From contig CAVZJV010000014.1 in assembly GCA_963775685.1 (NCBI GenBank), forward strand, positions 32,001-96,000: 64,000 nt of DNA. Direction: 5' to 3'. Source of the stretch: Candidatus Bathyarchaeota archaeon. GTDB lineage: Archaea; Thermoproteota; Bathyarchaeia; Bathyarchaeales; Bathycorpusculaceae. A program made the translations under genes and the position numbers. Every line of letters starts with the position of its first letter. The first letter of the stretch is position 1. Positions 19,152 through 30,415 of the stretch are shown piece by piece. The notes beneath the pieces were generated by a model, which was not told the DNA's origin, did no database searches, and saw only the letters and a list, made by a program, of their open reading frames with translations.

Positions 19152-21755
19152 ATGAAAAAATTAAACAAATTCTTTGCAATTGGCATTACAATGCTTTTTA
19201 TGCTCTCTTTACCCACTTCAATAATGCTTCTTCCAACCACTAGTGCACACACGCCTCCATGGCAAGTTCCAACCTATGCCTTTATGGTTGTTGCACCAAA
19301 CCCAATAGGAGTTGGACAACAGACAACTGTCGCATTCTGGCTTGATAAAGTTCCAATTGGAGCCGAAGGCCAATGGGGCTCAAGATGGCACAACATGAAA
19401 GTCACCGTAACAAAGCCTGACGGAACAAATGAAACGCTGGGAAGTTTCAACTCAGATGTTAACGGCGGAGCTTCAACACGATATACACCTACTGTCGCTG
19501 GAACGTACAAATTTTACATTGAATATCCAGGGCAAGTGGCTCTAAATGAGAATCCCTATCCTTTCGGTGCTGGCTTTGTTCCTCTTGGGCTTGATTACTT
19601 AAATGATACTTATCTGGCTAGCAGTGCAAGCGCAACGCTTACAGTTCAGCAAGATCCAATAAGCCTGACATATACACCTAATCCGCTTCCAACCAATTAC
19701 TGGACACGTCCAATAAGCTCAATGAATAGAGAATGGGCTTCAATCAGTGGTAATTGGCTTGGACTTGGAGCAACTAACTTTGGCGCAACGGGACTATATG
19801 CAAACAACGGCAATTATGATCCATACACAACAGCTCCCAATAGCGCCCACGTTATGTGGACTCTGCCAGAAGCTTTCGGCGGTCAAATTGGAGGAGAATT
19901 TGGAAGTTCCGAAACTGGTCTTTACGCTACAGGAACCGCTTATGAAACCAAGTTTGGCGCAGTTATTCTCAACGGAATCCTCTACTACACTGAATATCCA
20001 GGCGCTGGAAACAATCCGACAGGTTTGAAAGCTGTGAATATGCGAACTGGCGAAACTGTTTGGGAAAGAAATATCACCACACCACTAAAATGCGGAATGA
20101 TACTTAACTTCATAACAGGCGATCAATACGGAGGCCACGCCTACTTGTTCTGTGCACCTGCGACGATTGGATTCATTCCTTATCCGCCTGGAAGCAACTG
20201 GGAAATGTACGATGCTATGACTGGAGCTTGGATACTCAATATAGCCAACGTAAGCTCTGGAACGCTTGTTGAGGGTCCAAACGGCGAAATACTAAGTTAC
20301 ACTGCAGCAAACGGAATGTTGAACATGTGGAACTCAACCAAATGCATTGCAGCTGGATCTCAGAAAAACCTGTATTATTTGACCTATAGCTCTGCTGAAA
20401 TCTGGCGACCTCCCCAAGGAGCAACAATCGATTGGAATGACGGATACCAATGGAGTATACCCTTAGCCACCAATATTAGCGGTGTACCAATAATCCCTGG
20501 ACTAGCCGTATCTAAAGTTACAGATGATGTAGTGCTGACAACCGCAATCCCAGGAGGAATATTCACAGGACCACCTGGAGGCGCTCAATTGGGGTATGAA
20601 ATTGACGCTGGCTACAGTGCAAGCACAGGACAACTGCTATGGGGACCAGTGAACAGAACACTAACACCCTTTACCACTGTTGTCATACAGGCAGGTGAAG
20701 GCAAATACGCTGAATACTCTCAACAGACTATGACCTGGACTGGTTATGACATAACGACAGGCGAGAAACTATGGACAACTCCATCAGAAAACAGTTCATG
20801 GGGTTACTATGATTTCAGCGGCAACGGCGCATTTGGCAATGGCAACTTCTACACTTGGGGACTAGGCGGCGCAGTATATTGTTATGATGCTACAACTGGG
20901 ACCCTTAAGTGGTATTGGACATCAGGTAATGCTGGAATTGACACACCATATGGCACCTGGCCATTAGGTACTTGGTGGTCACACTACATTATTGCAGACG
21001 ATAAAATTTACGTAAGAGCTGGACACGACTATACGCCACCGGTGTTTAAAGGTGCAAAACTCTACTGCCTAAATGCTACAACTGGCGACTTAATCTGGGA
21101 TAGCTTAAGCTTTGATATTGGCAGCTCACCCGCTGTTGCTGACGGCTATATGGTTTGGTTTAACGGCTATGACAATCAAATATACTCCTATGGTAAAGGA
21201 CCAAGCAAATTGACAGTCACAGCCCCTAATATTGGTGTGACAACTTCAACAGCCATAACCATCAGCGGTACAATAACCGACATTTCCGCCGGCACAAACC
21301 AAAATGCAGTAGCAGCTAACTTCCCCAATGGTTTACCATGTGTATCTGATGCAAGCATGAGTCAATTCATGGAAACAGTATATCAGCAGCAACCAATGCC
21401 AACAAACGTTACCGGTGTTCCAGTGACCATAAACGTTATTGATTCAAATGGAAACTTTAGACAAATAGGAAGCACAACCAGCGACGTAAGTGGTACATTT
21501 GCATTAACTTGGACTCCTGATATCTCTGGCGACTTTACTGTGATTGCTAACTTTGCAGGTTCAGAATCATATTATCCGTCATCTGCTGAGGCACACTTTA
21601 ACGCTGCAAATCTAGCGCCAACCGCGGCGCCAGTTGCTACTGAAGCACCATCGATGGCTGACCAATACTTTGTTCCATCAGTTGTAGCCATAATCGTTGT
21701 CATCATCATAGTCGGCGTAGTGCTAGCATTGTTAATGCTCAGAAAACGACCATAA
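19152..21755 (+). CDS. PQQ-like beta-propeller surface protein (tandem paralogue)
   Basis: Closely similar to 16026-18665 along its length; same termini. Confidence 0.88.
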   Translation: MKKLNKFFAIGITMLFMLSLPTSIMLLPTTSAHTPPWQVPTYAFMVVAPNPIGVGQQTTVAFWLDKVPIGAEGQWGSRWHNMKVTVTKPDGTNETLGSFNSDVNGGASTRYTPTVAGTYKFYIEYPGQVALNENPYPFGAGFVPLGLDYLNDTYLASSASATLTVQQDPISLTYTPNPLPTNYWTRPISSMNREWASISGNWLGLGATNFGATGLYANNGNYDPYTTAPNSAHVMWTLPEAFGGQIGGEFGSSETGLYATGTAYETKFGAVILNGILYYTEYPGAGNNPTGLKAVNMRTGETVWERNITTPLKCGMILNFITGDQYGGHAYLFCAPATIGFIPYPPGSNWEMYDAMTGAWILNIANVSSGTLVEGPNGEILSYTAANGMLNMWNSTKCIAAGSQKNLYYLTYSSAEIWRPPQGATIDWNDGYQWSIPLATNISGVPIIPGLAVSKVTDDVVLTTAIPGGIFTGPPGGAQLGYEIDAGYSASTGQLLWGPVNRTLTPFTTVVIQAGEGKYAEYSQQTMTWTGYDITTGEKLWTTPSENSSWGYYDFSGNGAFGNGNFYTWGLGGAVYCYDATTGTLKWYWTSGNAGIDTPYGTWPLGTWWSHYIIADDKIYVRAGHDYTPPVFKGAKLYCLNATTGDLIWDSLSFDIGSSPAVADGYMVWFNGYDNQIYSYGKGPSKLTVTAPNIGVTTSTAITISGTITDISAGTNQNAVAANFPNGLPCVSDASMSQFMETVYQQQPMPTNVTGVPVTINVIDSNGNFRQIGSTTSDVSGTFALTWTPDISGDFTVIANFAGSESYYPSSAEAHFNAANLAPTAAPVATEAPSMADQYFVPSVVAIIVVIIIVGVVLALLMLRKRP

Positions 21756-22230
21756 GAATGCCATACAAAAAACTATCTTTCCCCTTTTTTAGTTTTAAAA
21801 AGACATTTGAGAAAAAGATGTGAGGCTAAGGAAATTCCTTTGGGCAAGCATCAGTTCAAATTTCTTTATAACTTAAATTTCTCAACAACCTTCTTGTGCA
21901 GCGGAGAGTTGAGTAAAAGTGAAATGATGTTCTTTCTGGTTTTAATGAAACTTGGAGGTTAATTGTAAGGTAACATCATTTGAGTAACTCTGTTCTTAAA
22001 AAAAATAAGGCGGACTCCTCTTTTATCCTGGCGAAAAACCTGCTTCTCTGTTAGGAAGGGGCTTCGGTTTATGTGAGGATATTTTTGAGGTTATTTAGAT
22101 GTCCGCTGAATTGGATATGTAATTTCAAGAAAATAAACTGTTGTGGTTGCCTTAAAGCAGTAACATACCTTTATGTTTCGATGGTTTTGCTCTTTTTTTG
22201 GTTGATGGTCTATTATTTTGATGATGTGTT

Positions 22231-22548
22231 TTAGCTCCTTTTTTCCTTACCTGAATAGAAGCGGTCAATGATTTCATCCCTTCCTTTCTCTGTTAACTTC
22301 AACAAAACCTCTGAGCCACCCTTGGGGTCATTAACAACGCTCCAAGAGTCACCCTTCTGTAACTCTTTAAGAAAAGTTTCACGGTCCCCTTTAGGATCCA
22401 AATGGTCGAAAAGAGAAGAGAACCTAATCCCAATATGGCGTGCAAGTGTATATTTGACGGCGACCCTGTAAATCGGAGGGTTTTTCTCAAGAAACTCTAG
22501 TAGCTCTTCCTTAGGATTCTTTGCTTTGTAAACATTACTTTTTTCCAT
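22231..22548 (-). CDS. Hypothetical protein, probably truncated by a 1-nt deletion
   Basis: GAGGT RBS; homologous copy at ~12993-13049 reads through as KRELK. Confidence 0.55.
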   Translation of the reverse strand: MEKSNVYKAKNPKEELLEFLEKNPPIYRVAVKYTLARHIGIRFSSLFDHLDPKGDRETFLKELQKGDSWSVVNDPKGGSEVLLKLTEKGRDEIIDRFYSGKEKRS

Positions 22549-22620
22549 TTGTGTTACCTCGCTTCTTCTCCTTTCTCTGCAGTCTTGATATTGATCTTTA
22601 TCGGCTAGCTTGATGGAATG

Positions 22621-23205
22621 TTACAGTTTTTCAGGAGGCATCCAAACGGTTTTGCCGTTCACTATCTCCCGCTCGGAGGGTAAAGGATAGGGCAAGCCTA
22701 AGGCTTTAAACACGCCCTGCTCGTTTTCTCCAGCGACTGCCACGCCGTCTTTGATTAGACCTTCACTGTATTTGAGCCGCATACCTTTTGATAACGCATG
22801 CCCAGCCAGCCACATGTTGTGGTCAGCTGAACCAGTACGGACTAACAGGTGAATTCCGAAGGTTGATGGTTTAGCTCTGTAGAAATCAACTTGAAAGAGG
22901 CCTTCCTGGCAGGGTATATAGGCTTTAATTACGCTGTTACCAGCACAGCTGGGTTTAGCTTTTAGTTGCTTGAGTTTTTCATTAATCTTCAGCCAATCCG
23001 TGTCGCTTTTTGAAACAACCACGAAGTCAATATCGTGTACCTTGGTTTTTTGTCGTCTTATGCTGCCTGCAACTTCAATCAAATCGCACAGAGTTTCCAC
23101 TGATGCTTTTACTTGGGCTGCTATTGTTTCGGCTTCAGATAAGTTTAATTCAGCGACAATCTTTATTGCGTCTTGAGGAAATAATGTGGACTGTTTTTTC
23201 ATCAT
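22621..23205 (-). CDS. Minimal family X DNA polymerase (palm+thumb only)
   Basis: AGSIRR..KVHDIDFVV, QVDF, LVRTGSADHN, EQGVFKALGLPYPLPSERE. Confidence 0.9.
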   Translation of the reverse strand: MMKKQSTLFPQDAIKIVAELNLSEAETIAAQVKASVETLCDLIEVAGSIRRQKTKVHDIDFVVVSKSDTDWLKINEKLKQLKAKPSCAGNSVIKAYIPCQEGLFQVDFYRAKPSTFGIHLLVRTGSADHNMWLAGHALSKGMRLKYSEGLIKDGVAVAGENEQGVFKALGLPYPLPSEREIVNGKTVWMPPEKL

Positions 23206-23694
23206 GTTTATTCACTTACTGTTGAGGTTCCCTATTAGGTTCCGCTGAAGAGCAGTTCGGTTAGTTTTTGTCGGCCTTTTTCTGTTAGGGCACAAGAGGC
23301 TCCTCATCTATCGATGGGTCAAAGATTATCTTTACTAAGCCATGTTGCTGCAGTTTCCCTAAAAGCGGAGTAATTTCGAATGCCCTCTTGAATCCATGGT
23401 TTATTTTGGATAGCCTAATTCCTCGCTCCATTTTACTGCAACAACATATTTTGAAGTTTGAGTTCAAGCTTCCGTGTTCTTTTTTGTTGTCTATAGAAGA
23501 ATACTCATTACCATTGGTTCGAAGATTATTGGGTTTGTAGTATTGCTGCTTTCTGAGGCAAAAGTCCTGTACATATTCATCATCTCGTCGAATGCTTCCA
23601 GATCTTTATCTCTCCTCGATGCTTTCTAAAACCCTACACGTACCAATCTCACTTCCAACGCCACCCTAAAAGACTCAACAGACTTACACATCAA

Positions 23695-24045
23695 CTAAGC
23701 TTCTGTTAGGCTTTGAATTTTGGAGTTTTCGGCGTCTTCCTTTTCTTGGCTTGCCTCATGTTTTGGGTGTATCTTATGCTTTCTGTTTAGTTCCTCCATT
23801 AACCAGCGTGCTGCTCCTCTCAAAAAATCCTCTTTGGTCAAATAACCCAACTGTTTGTTGCTCTTAACAAACTCCTCAACTTCTGTTAGAAGGCCAGGCG
23901 GCAAAATTACGGACCGGTGAATAAGCGCCTCTATCGCGTCTCCGTATGTTTTCATTTGGCATGATTCTGCTATCAGCTCTCCAACAATAGGTACCAATTC
24001 TGCATGAATTTGATCTGACACTTTTACTGCTTTCACTTGCATCAT
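23695..24045 (-). CDS. RHH/CopG-like regulator
   Basis: KAVKVSDQIHAEL... and SVILPPGLLTEVEEFV..GYLTKEDFLRGAAR. Confidence 0.7.
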   Translation of the reverse strand: MMQVKAVKVSDQIHAELVPIVGELIAESCQMKTYGDAIEALIHRSVILPPGLLTEVEEFVKSNKQLGYLTKEDFLRGAARWLMEELNRKHKIHPKHEASQEKEDAENSKIQSLTEA

Positions 24046-24402
24046 CTCGAGATTTACACTCTACGCTCTAACAGCTTAAATAGAAGCTGAAGAAACGTAC
24101 GTTGCGAGTAGGGGAGAGAGTTGATTAAAAATGAAGTTCAATCCGCTATAGCACCTCCAGCGGTTAATCTCTTCCTCCAATGCCATCCTGAAAGATTCAA
24201 CAGTCTTACCCATAATTATCAAGCCTCAAAACAACTTTAGCAAATTGCTTCCATAGCTAATCCCTCGGAGCACATGCATCAGATCAAGTACAAAATAAAA
24301 CAAACTCTCAAACGACTTAGCAAGAAATAGAGAGTAATCAAGGAAGCAATTAACAAATGGTATTATGTTGCAAACATTAGTGTTTTGGTAATTATTATGG
24401 AA

Positions 24403-25089
24403 TTAGCTAAGAACGCCTACTTGTTTTAATTTTCCAAATACTTCATTCCCGTGCGGCGCAGATTTAATGTCCTTTGTGAGGTCCTTACCTGCATTGTGAG
24501 CGCCCATATGATAGCCAGTCTGCCATAAGCTGCTGTTTGAAGAATCGTAAACTTTTCCTTCAAACGCAAAGTAAACTGGTTTTCCTCCCGATCCGTTGTA
24601 TTGTTTGAGTTCTTCTAAAGTGAACTTTTTGAGCTCTTGTCCCGAAACGCTAACATTCTTACTCGAGTTGTTAACTATTGTCTGAAGCTCCGCAAGACGC
24701 GTTTGGAGTGTTTTGAGTAATTCTTTCCTCAGCTCCTCATCAGAAAGCCCTGAGGAAATTTTGTCTATCCTCAATGCTAATTCTTGATCACCTAAAGTGG
24801 TTTGCACCCAATTTTGGAAATCACGACGCTGAAAATGAAATTTAACAGACTGCAAATCTATAGTTCTGAGCTCTATGTAAAAACTGAATAAGTTAATTGC
24901 GGTTTCCAAAGTAAACTTGCCCTCTTCTGTAGCAAAATGAAATCCTTGGTCAAAAGATACGGAACGTAAGATTTTTTCAGCTCCATCATTCTCGATTGAT
25001 GTCTTCTGAGTTTTGTTTAATTGCATAATAAAGCCTATCGTTAAGGTGTTGCAAAGGATGCCTAAATGTCTATGTGATAGCATATTCAC
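24403..25089 (-). CDS. DUF5752-like domain fused to a cytochrome b5-like heme/steroid-binding domain
   Basis: GFHFATEEG..SVKFHFQRRDFQNWV..LGDQELA; FTLEELKQYNG..GKVYD..H.AGKDLT..APHG. Confidence 0.8.
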   Translation of the reverse strand: MNMLSHRHLGILCNTLTIGFIMQLNKTQKTSIENDGAEKILRSVSFDQGFHFATEEGKFTLETAINLFSFYIELRTIDLQSVKFHFQRRDFQNWVQTTLGDQELALRIDKISSGLSDEELRKELLKTLQTRLAELQTIVNNSSKNVSVSGQELKKFTLEELKQYNGSGGKPVYFAFEGKVYDSSNSSLWQTGYHMGAHNAGKDLTKDIKSAPHGNEVFGKLKQVGVLS

Positions 25090-25353
25090 AACAACAAAAT
25101 CGTCATCTGGGTTTTTACTTCCTGACTTCAGGATTGCAGCGATATTGGTATTCTTTGTGACAGGGTTTTTTGTGGAGAGGTATAGCTTTCTTGTTAGTTA
25201 CTCTGCATATTATATGGGTGAGTCCACCAAGCTCTTGCAAAGTCACTCTAGTTAAACTCTCCTCTGTATCTCACAGTGGATGAGTAATAATCTTCCCCAC
25301 TTAAGTGATAAGGATCGCGTTATCTCTGAAATATTCCAGGGTTTTTCTTTTAA

Positions 25354-25581
25354 TCAAGTTTCAGCGGATTTTCCAATAATACAGTAATATGTCTGCTTTA
25401 ATCCATATTTGATGGAGACTGGACATGCAGGGCAAGGGCAAGAAACACTTTTTACTGGTTCTTTCGCTTTTCCTCTGGCACAGAAAAGTGTTCCAGTTAG
25501 GTTCGAGTTCGTGTAAGTTGGACAAGCTGGGCATATGCAGCTTTTTTGGTTTTCTTCATTATCTGGTATTGAAATTGTCAT
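25354..25581 (-). CDS. DUF2769-like Cys-rich protein
   Basis: CICPACPTY..LFCARGK..CPCPACPV..YYC. Confidence 0.75.
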   Translation of the reverse strand: MTISIPDNEENQKSCICPACPTYTNSNLTGTLFCARGKAKEPVKSVSCPCPACPVSIKYGLKQTYYCIIGKSAET

Positions 25582-25607
25582 ATTAATTTCTCAAGTTTCT
25601 TTTTTTG

Positions 25608-25955
25608 CTATGAACACTCTCTGAAGGTATATTTGCATTTTGTGCATCTTAGGAATTGAGTTGATGATTCGTCGGCGCCTCTTGTCTGGACTTGCCACGC
25701 ATAAGCATTTTTATTTCCACATTTTGAACATGTCACCTTAATGGTAGGTAGAGTGCTTAACTGAAGTGCTTTGTCTATTACTGAAACCAGCTGTTTGGGA
25801 CTGTGTTTTATGACTTTGCTGTAGATTTTAGTTTCACTTGATTGGTTTGTTTTTTGACCGCATTTGCTGCAGGCAAGTATGAGTATTGCTTGATGACCTG
25901 ACTTGACCTTTTTTGGTTCAAGACGGGATCCGCATTCTTTACAAAAATCCATCAT
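25608..25955 (-). CDS. tfs: Transcription factor S (TFS/RpoM-like)
   Basis: FCKECGS..CSKCG; CSKCGN..WQVQTRGADESSTQFLRCTKC. Confidence 0.9.
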   Translation of the reverse strand: MMDFCKECGSRLEPKKVKSGHQAILILACSKCGQKTNQSSETKIYSKVIKHSPKQLVSVIDKALQLSTLPTIKVTCSKCGNKNAYAWQVQTRGADESSTQFLRCTKCKYTFRECS

Positions 25956-26103
25956 TTCAACCCTTTCCAGACTAAAGCACCATGGAACAATAAATAATCA
26001 TGGTACTACACGCCGGACACAACAGAAGGGTAATTTTGGCAAAATTTTATATATCTTACAACCGCTAAATCATTAAAATAGTGGGCGTACAGAGGGGGAA
26101 CAC

Positions 26104-26322
26104 TTGAACAGACTTGAAGCGATGGCTATGTTGAAAGAGTTGGTGGCAAATAATTTAGTTGATCCTTCGTTTGTACATATTTGCGAAAGAAAGCCTAAAA
26201 ATTACCAGATTCAAATTAAATGTGATTATAATAGATTGGAAATAGAAGAGCATGCAAAAAAATACGGATTAACGATTGAAGAAGATAAAGAGAGAAAATA
26301 TTTACTGATTTTCAAGCCATAG
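26104..26322 (+). CDS. Hypothetical small protein
   Basis: GGGG RBS, TATA upstream, coding-like composition. Confidence 0.6.
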   Translation: MNRLEAMAMLKELVANNLVDPSFVHICERKPKNYQIQIKCDYNRLEIEEHAKKYGLTIEEDKERKYLLIFKP

Positions 26323-26611
26323 AAAATGGCCTTTCCCAAAAATAAAAACCAGATTTCTTGTTTAGGGGGAGAAGGGGTGATTGAGTGGATTTAGCCGTGT
26401 GCCAACATCGGGCAAGATGAAAAGGGTAATTATGTCTTGCCTGATTTTGGCAGCCAGACCCGCCCAACAGTTTAAAGCACTATGTCTGATCACATATTAC
26501 CGATTGAAAATAATATAAAATAATGCTGTCACAAACTGAAACAACAAAAATTACAACGATCTATGGCAATTTTAAAAAAGGTCTATCCTCTTAAGAATAG
26601 TGAAGTTGTTT

Positions 26612-27579
26612 ATGCGTTTTTATAAGCCGATGCTTGCCAAATCTGTTCCAAAGCCTTTTTCTGGTAAGATTGGATTTTTGAGATAAAGTGGGATGGTTTT
26701 CGAGCGATAGCTTACGTGGACGACTTCTTCACGATCCAAAGCCGAAATGCAAAAGAACTCAAAACCTTCTTTCCCGAACTAGAGGAACTTAGGCAGCTTG
26801 CAAAGAATGTGGTTGTTGACGGCGAAATCGTCACCATGAAACAAGGAAAAGTAGACTTCCACTCACTCCAAGAAAGAGGTCACGTAATTTCGGCAAGAGA
26901 AGTCGAGGGTTTGCGGCAAAAGTCGCCAGCCACTTTCATACTTTTTGACATCCTAGAGAAAAAAGGTCAGCCTCTAATTGACTTACCATTAATAGAAAGA
27001 AAAGTCATCCTAAAAGAGTCAGTCAAGGAAGGCTCCCACATAATCATCAACGACTATGTCGAGGATAAAGGCGAACAATACTATCAAGTAATCTTGCAGC
27101 AAGACTTGGAGGGGATGGTTGCCAAACGCAAGGACAGCCTATATGAACTAGGCCTCAGGACGGGCAGTTGGTTAAAAATTAAGAACATTAAAAGTTGCGA
27201 CTGCGTAATCTTTGGGTATTCAAAGGGCGAGGGTGCTCGAGAGTCAACTTTTGGCGCTTTAGTCGTTGGCCTTTACGATAAAGAGGGAAAACCAGTCTAC
27301 ATTGCTCACGTTGGCACTGGGTTCACCCAACAATTACTCGAGGATCTTATGAGAGATTTCAAAAAACTCAAACGATCTTTGGCACCTTTTATCGCTAGAG
27401 ACATGGAAGCAATAACGTGGATTGAGCCTAAGCTTGTCTGCGAAGTCATCTACCAAGTAGTTACGAGTGATTGCCGGTTAAGGATGCCGCGCTTACACGC
27501 TTTAAGAATCGATAAAGAACCTGGCGAATGCACCCTCGACCAAATAGAAGGCAAAGGCAAATGCTTTTCTGGCAGATGA
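26612..27579 (+). pseudogene. ATP-dependent DNA ligase (LigD ligase-domain type), 1-nt frameshift at ~26667
   Basis: MRFYKPMLA.. then shifted DWIFEIKWDGFRA (motif I), DGEIV, FDIL, EGMVAK, WLKIK, VGTGF. Confidence 0.85.
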
Positions 27580-28445
27580 AAATCAAATATACAACTTGAT
27601 CAACAAAGCAAACTATGGAATTCTGGTTTTCAATCCAAGAGACGCTATTCTTAGAATTCAAACTCTCAAACGGCTCCGGATGGCTAACCAACAACCGCCT
27701 AATCATTGTGGAACATAAGCCAGGCCAGCTCAACAAAGGAAAGCGTAAAGACTATTGTTTAAAAACTTTGAAAAAACCCAAATAAAAAACACACCCAATC
27801 TTCTTCTCTTTCTAAACATAAAATTGATTTATCCAAAACTCTTAAGGGTCGATTTAGGGACAAAGCGGCGCGCTAATCTTTCCATTGCAGATAATTTAAT
27901 TAAATATCTCGCAAACAATATAGAAATATATTGGATTGACAATCAAAGAGATTCTGGGCTAATTTTTAGGGCTTAAGGGTAGATAGCGATAGAGAATAGT
28001 AACGATGGGTAAAAATTTTTTTTGCTCGCATTTAAGTGGTTAAAGAAATACTGAGACAATTAGGCATCGGGGCGTTTAATTTGCTTAAGGAGAAATAATC
28101 CAGCCAATAAAATTGCCATAAATATTGGGATTGTATAGAAAGGAACTTCAGGTACTGTTGGTGAAGGAACAATGGTGGACTCACTTATTTGAGGGGAAGC
28201 AGTTGGTGAGGAAGTAGTGGTTTGTGTTGGAGGATTTGTTGGCGGAGCTGTTGTTGTTGGTAGGTTCAATTCTAATCTGCCCCAACTAAAGGCGGCGTCG
28301 ACGCCCACCAATTTAATCAATTGCAGATTGGCTTGTGTGCTTTTTCTGTAATGTCCATTATCGTTTGGTAATCGTCAAATGTGTGTGTGGGGATTAAAAT
28401 TTAATCCCCAAACCGAATCATTGACCACAAAAGTTTAAGCTATCT

Positions 28446-28898
28446 TTGGTTGATGTATTTTGCAGTGATTTAATGGTTGACCTGCAAGAGTTCGCACTTG
28501 ACCTAAGAAACTACTTTAAATGCTGCCCAATTTGTTTTGCATCAGCTAAAGGAACGTTAAAAGTTCACTTAACTTTAGGCGAGAGAGATACCCTTACATG
28601 CAGTATTTGTGAAGCTAAGTGGCATATCTACATCGTGCCTTTCGCTGGTTTCCAATGGGCAGAACTTGATTCAACAGCTAAAGATGGAAGAGGCCAAGAG
28701 CTGCTTAACAGACGCTTGGATAAAAAGGAAGTTCTCTCGATGACTCAAAATGCAAGTCGTGACCAAAACAACCAACCAGTTCCAACAAAGGAAATCATTA
28801 AAGAGAAAGAGGTCATAACAAGAGTTCGTTGCCCTTATTGTCATGGCGCTTACAATGAAAATTTTAGATAAATGTCCACATTGCGGAGCAAAAGCTTA
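28446..28898 (+). CDS. Zn-finger protein; last CxxC pair frameshifted
   Basis: CPIC, CSIC, CPYC then shifted DKCPHCGAKA*. Confidence 0.65.
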
Positions 28899-29046
28899 AA
28901 GGATTATGACTGCAAAATGCCAAATTTTGCCTCAATTCTGTGTAAAATTGAAGAATGTTAACTAATTACTTTCACTCAACTCTCTACTGTTTGACAATGT
29001 TCTTCGAAGGTTTGTATTTTAAGGCTAAAGACAGGTATGTTATTCT

Positions 29047-29253
29047 ATGACTTTTTTTGATTATTTCGATTTAAGCAAGCCTTGTGATGCGTGCGGTCAC
29101 ATGGTTGGTGGTGGCGTTTATTGGTGTCCTAAATGCAAAATCTGCTTCTGCTCTAACTGCTATAGCAGCTTGGTATCAGAGCAAGTTCTAAAAGACCTAA
29201 AAAAAATACATTTACACTGCCCCATGTGTGGGACCCAATTTGAATCCCCTTAG
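29047..29253 (+). CDS. Small Cys-rich Zn-binding protein
   Basis: Four CxxC pairs. Confidence 0.65.
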   Translation: MTFFDYFDLSKPCDACGHMVGGGVYWCPKCKICFCSNCYSSLVSEQVLKDLKKIHLHCPMCGTQFESP

Positions 29254-29926
29254 TTCTTATACATCCAACTTAGTTATAAAAAACTAACTGTAATGAGCGC
29301 ACAGTTAAATTGAACAAGTATGAATTGCGGATCTTACAATTTGCCGCTAAATACAATAATCCAGATGAATTTATTTCGATAATTATTTTAAAAAGTTCGC
29401 TTTTTAGCTAAATATTTGCGATTTTTTCCACTATTGACGCTTCCTAAAAAGTTGCTTTCAGTACTCCCCTAATCGAAAGCTAAGCGAATGTATCTTAAAT
29501 TGCTCATAATTACTCAATTTATGGAAATTTCTGAAGAACTATGAAATAACTTGAAGAAGAATATTCTAAGTGGAGTGATAGCCAAAACTACTTTGAGCCT
29601 CAAACTATATTTCTTCAGATTAGCTTCTCAATTAATAGGCTTCTGCGAAGCATTCAAACCAATCGACAGTTTGTTTTTGAAGACGCAGACAAAAAGCAAA
29701 CGACGGATTAAAATCTGGACAATTTTTGCAAAAGCGGATTTTCGAATTTTCTCTCACTCTATTTTGTTCTATCATTGCAATACTCAATGTATTCAATGAA
29801 ATCGACTTAAGAAGGATTATTTCCAGAAACGCATTATTCCCAAAAAAACGATCTTTTTGAATTTACAGCAATATTTAAAAGTAGTTTGTTTAATATCATT
29901 TTTAACTGCTTGATCACGGGATTTCA

Positions 29927-30415
29927 ATGGTGACTTGGGGAAGGGCTTGGAGAGCGGCTGGGACTTGGTTAGTATGGAGCCTTATATGGGGGTTTATTGG
30001 CATTATACTAATTGGAATTGGCATTTTTGTAATCTCCCGTTCTTCATATAATTTGGGAGCACTATTGTTTGGAAGTTCCGCTTCTTACGCTACTGAATTA
30101 ATTGGCGGTTTGATCTTGATAGTCATTGGAGTTATTATTCTAGGATTTGGGGCAATTGCATCTTTCTTTAAGATAAACTCTGAGGTCATCGCTGAAGAAA
30201 TTTACCATGCACGCGATTTTGACGCAATTCTGACCGAAAATGACAACTTTACTTGTCTTTTGTGTTGTGAGCACAATTTTACAGGCGATGCGGGAAGAAT
30301 TGTCGAGCACATAGAGCAAATGCACAATATCGATATTGATTACCAGGCGATTAAGGGTTGGAACGATGGCTTTGAAAATGAAGCAGAAATCTACCTAAAA
30401 AAACAAAAAAGATAA
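29927..30415 (+). CDS. Two-TM membrane protein with C-terminal C2H2-like motif
   Basis: TM helices; CLLC...HIEQMH. Confidence 0.65.
   Translation: MVTWGRAWRAAGTWLVWSLIWGFIGIILIGIGIFVISRSSYNLGALLFGSSASYATELIGGLILIVIGVIILGFGAIASFFKINSEVIAEEIYHARDFDAILTENDNFTCLLCCEHNFTGDAGRIVEHIEQMHNIDIDYQAIKGWNDGFENEAEIYLKKQKR

Noticed and set aside
23285-23640. Fragmentary reading frames upstream of PolX
   Set aside because: Probably a pseudogene, but no family could be recognised
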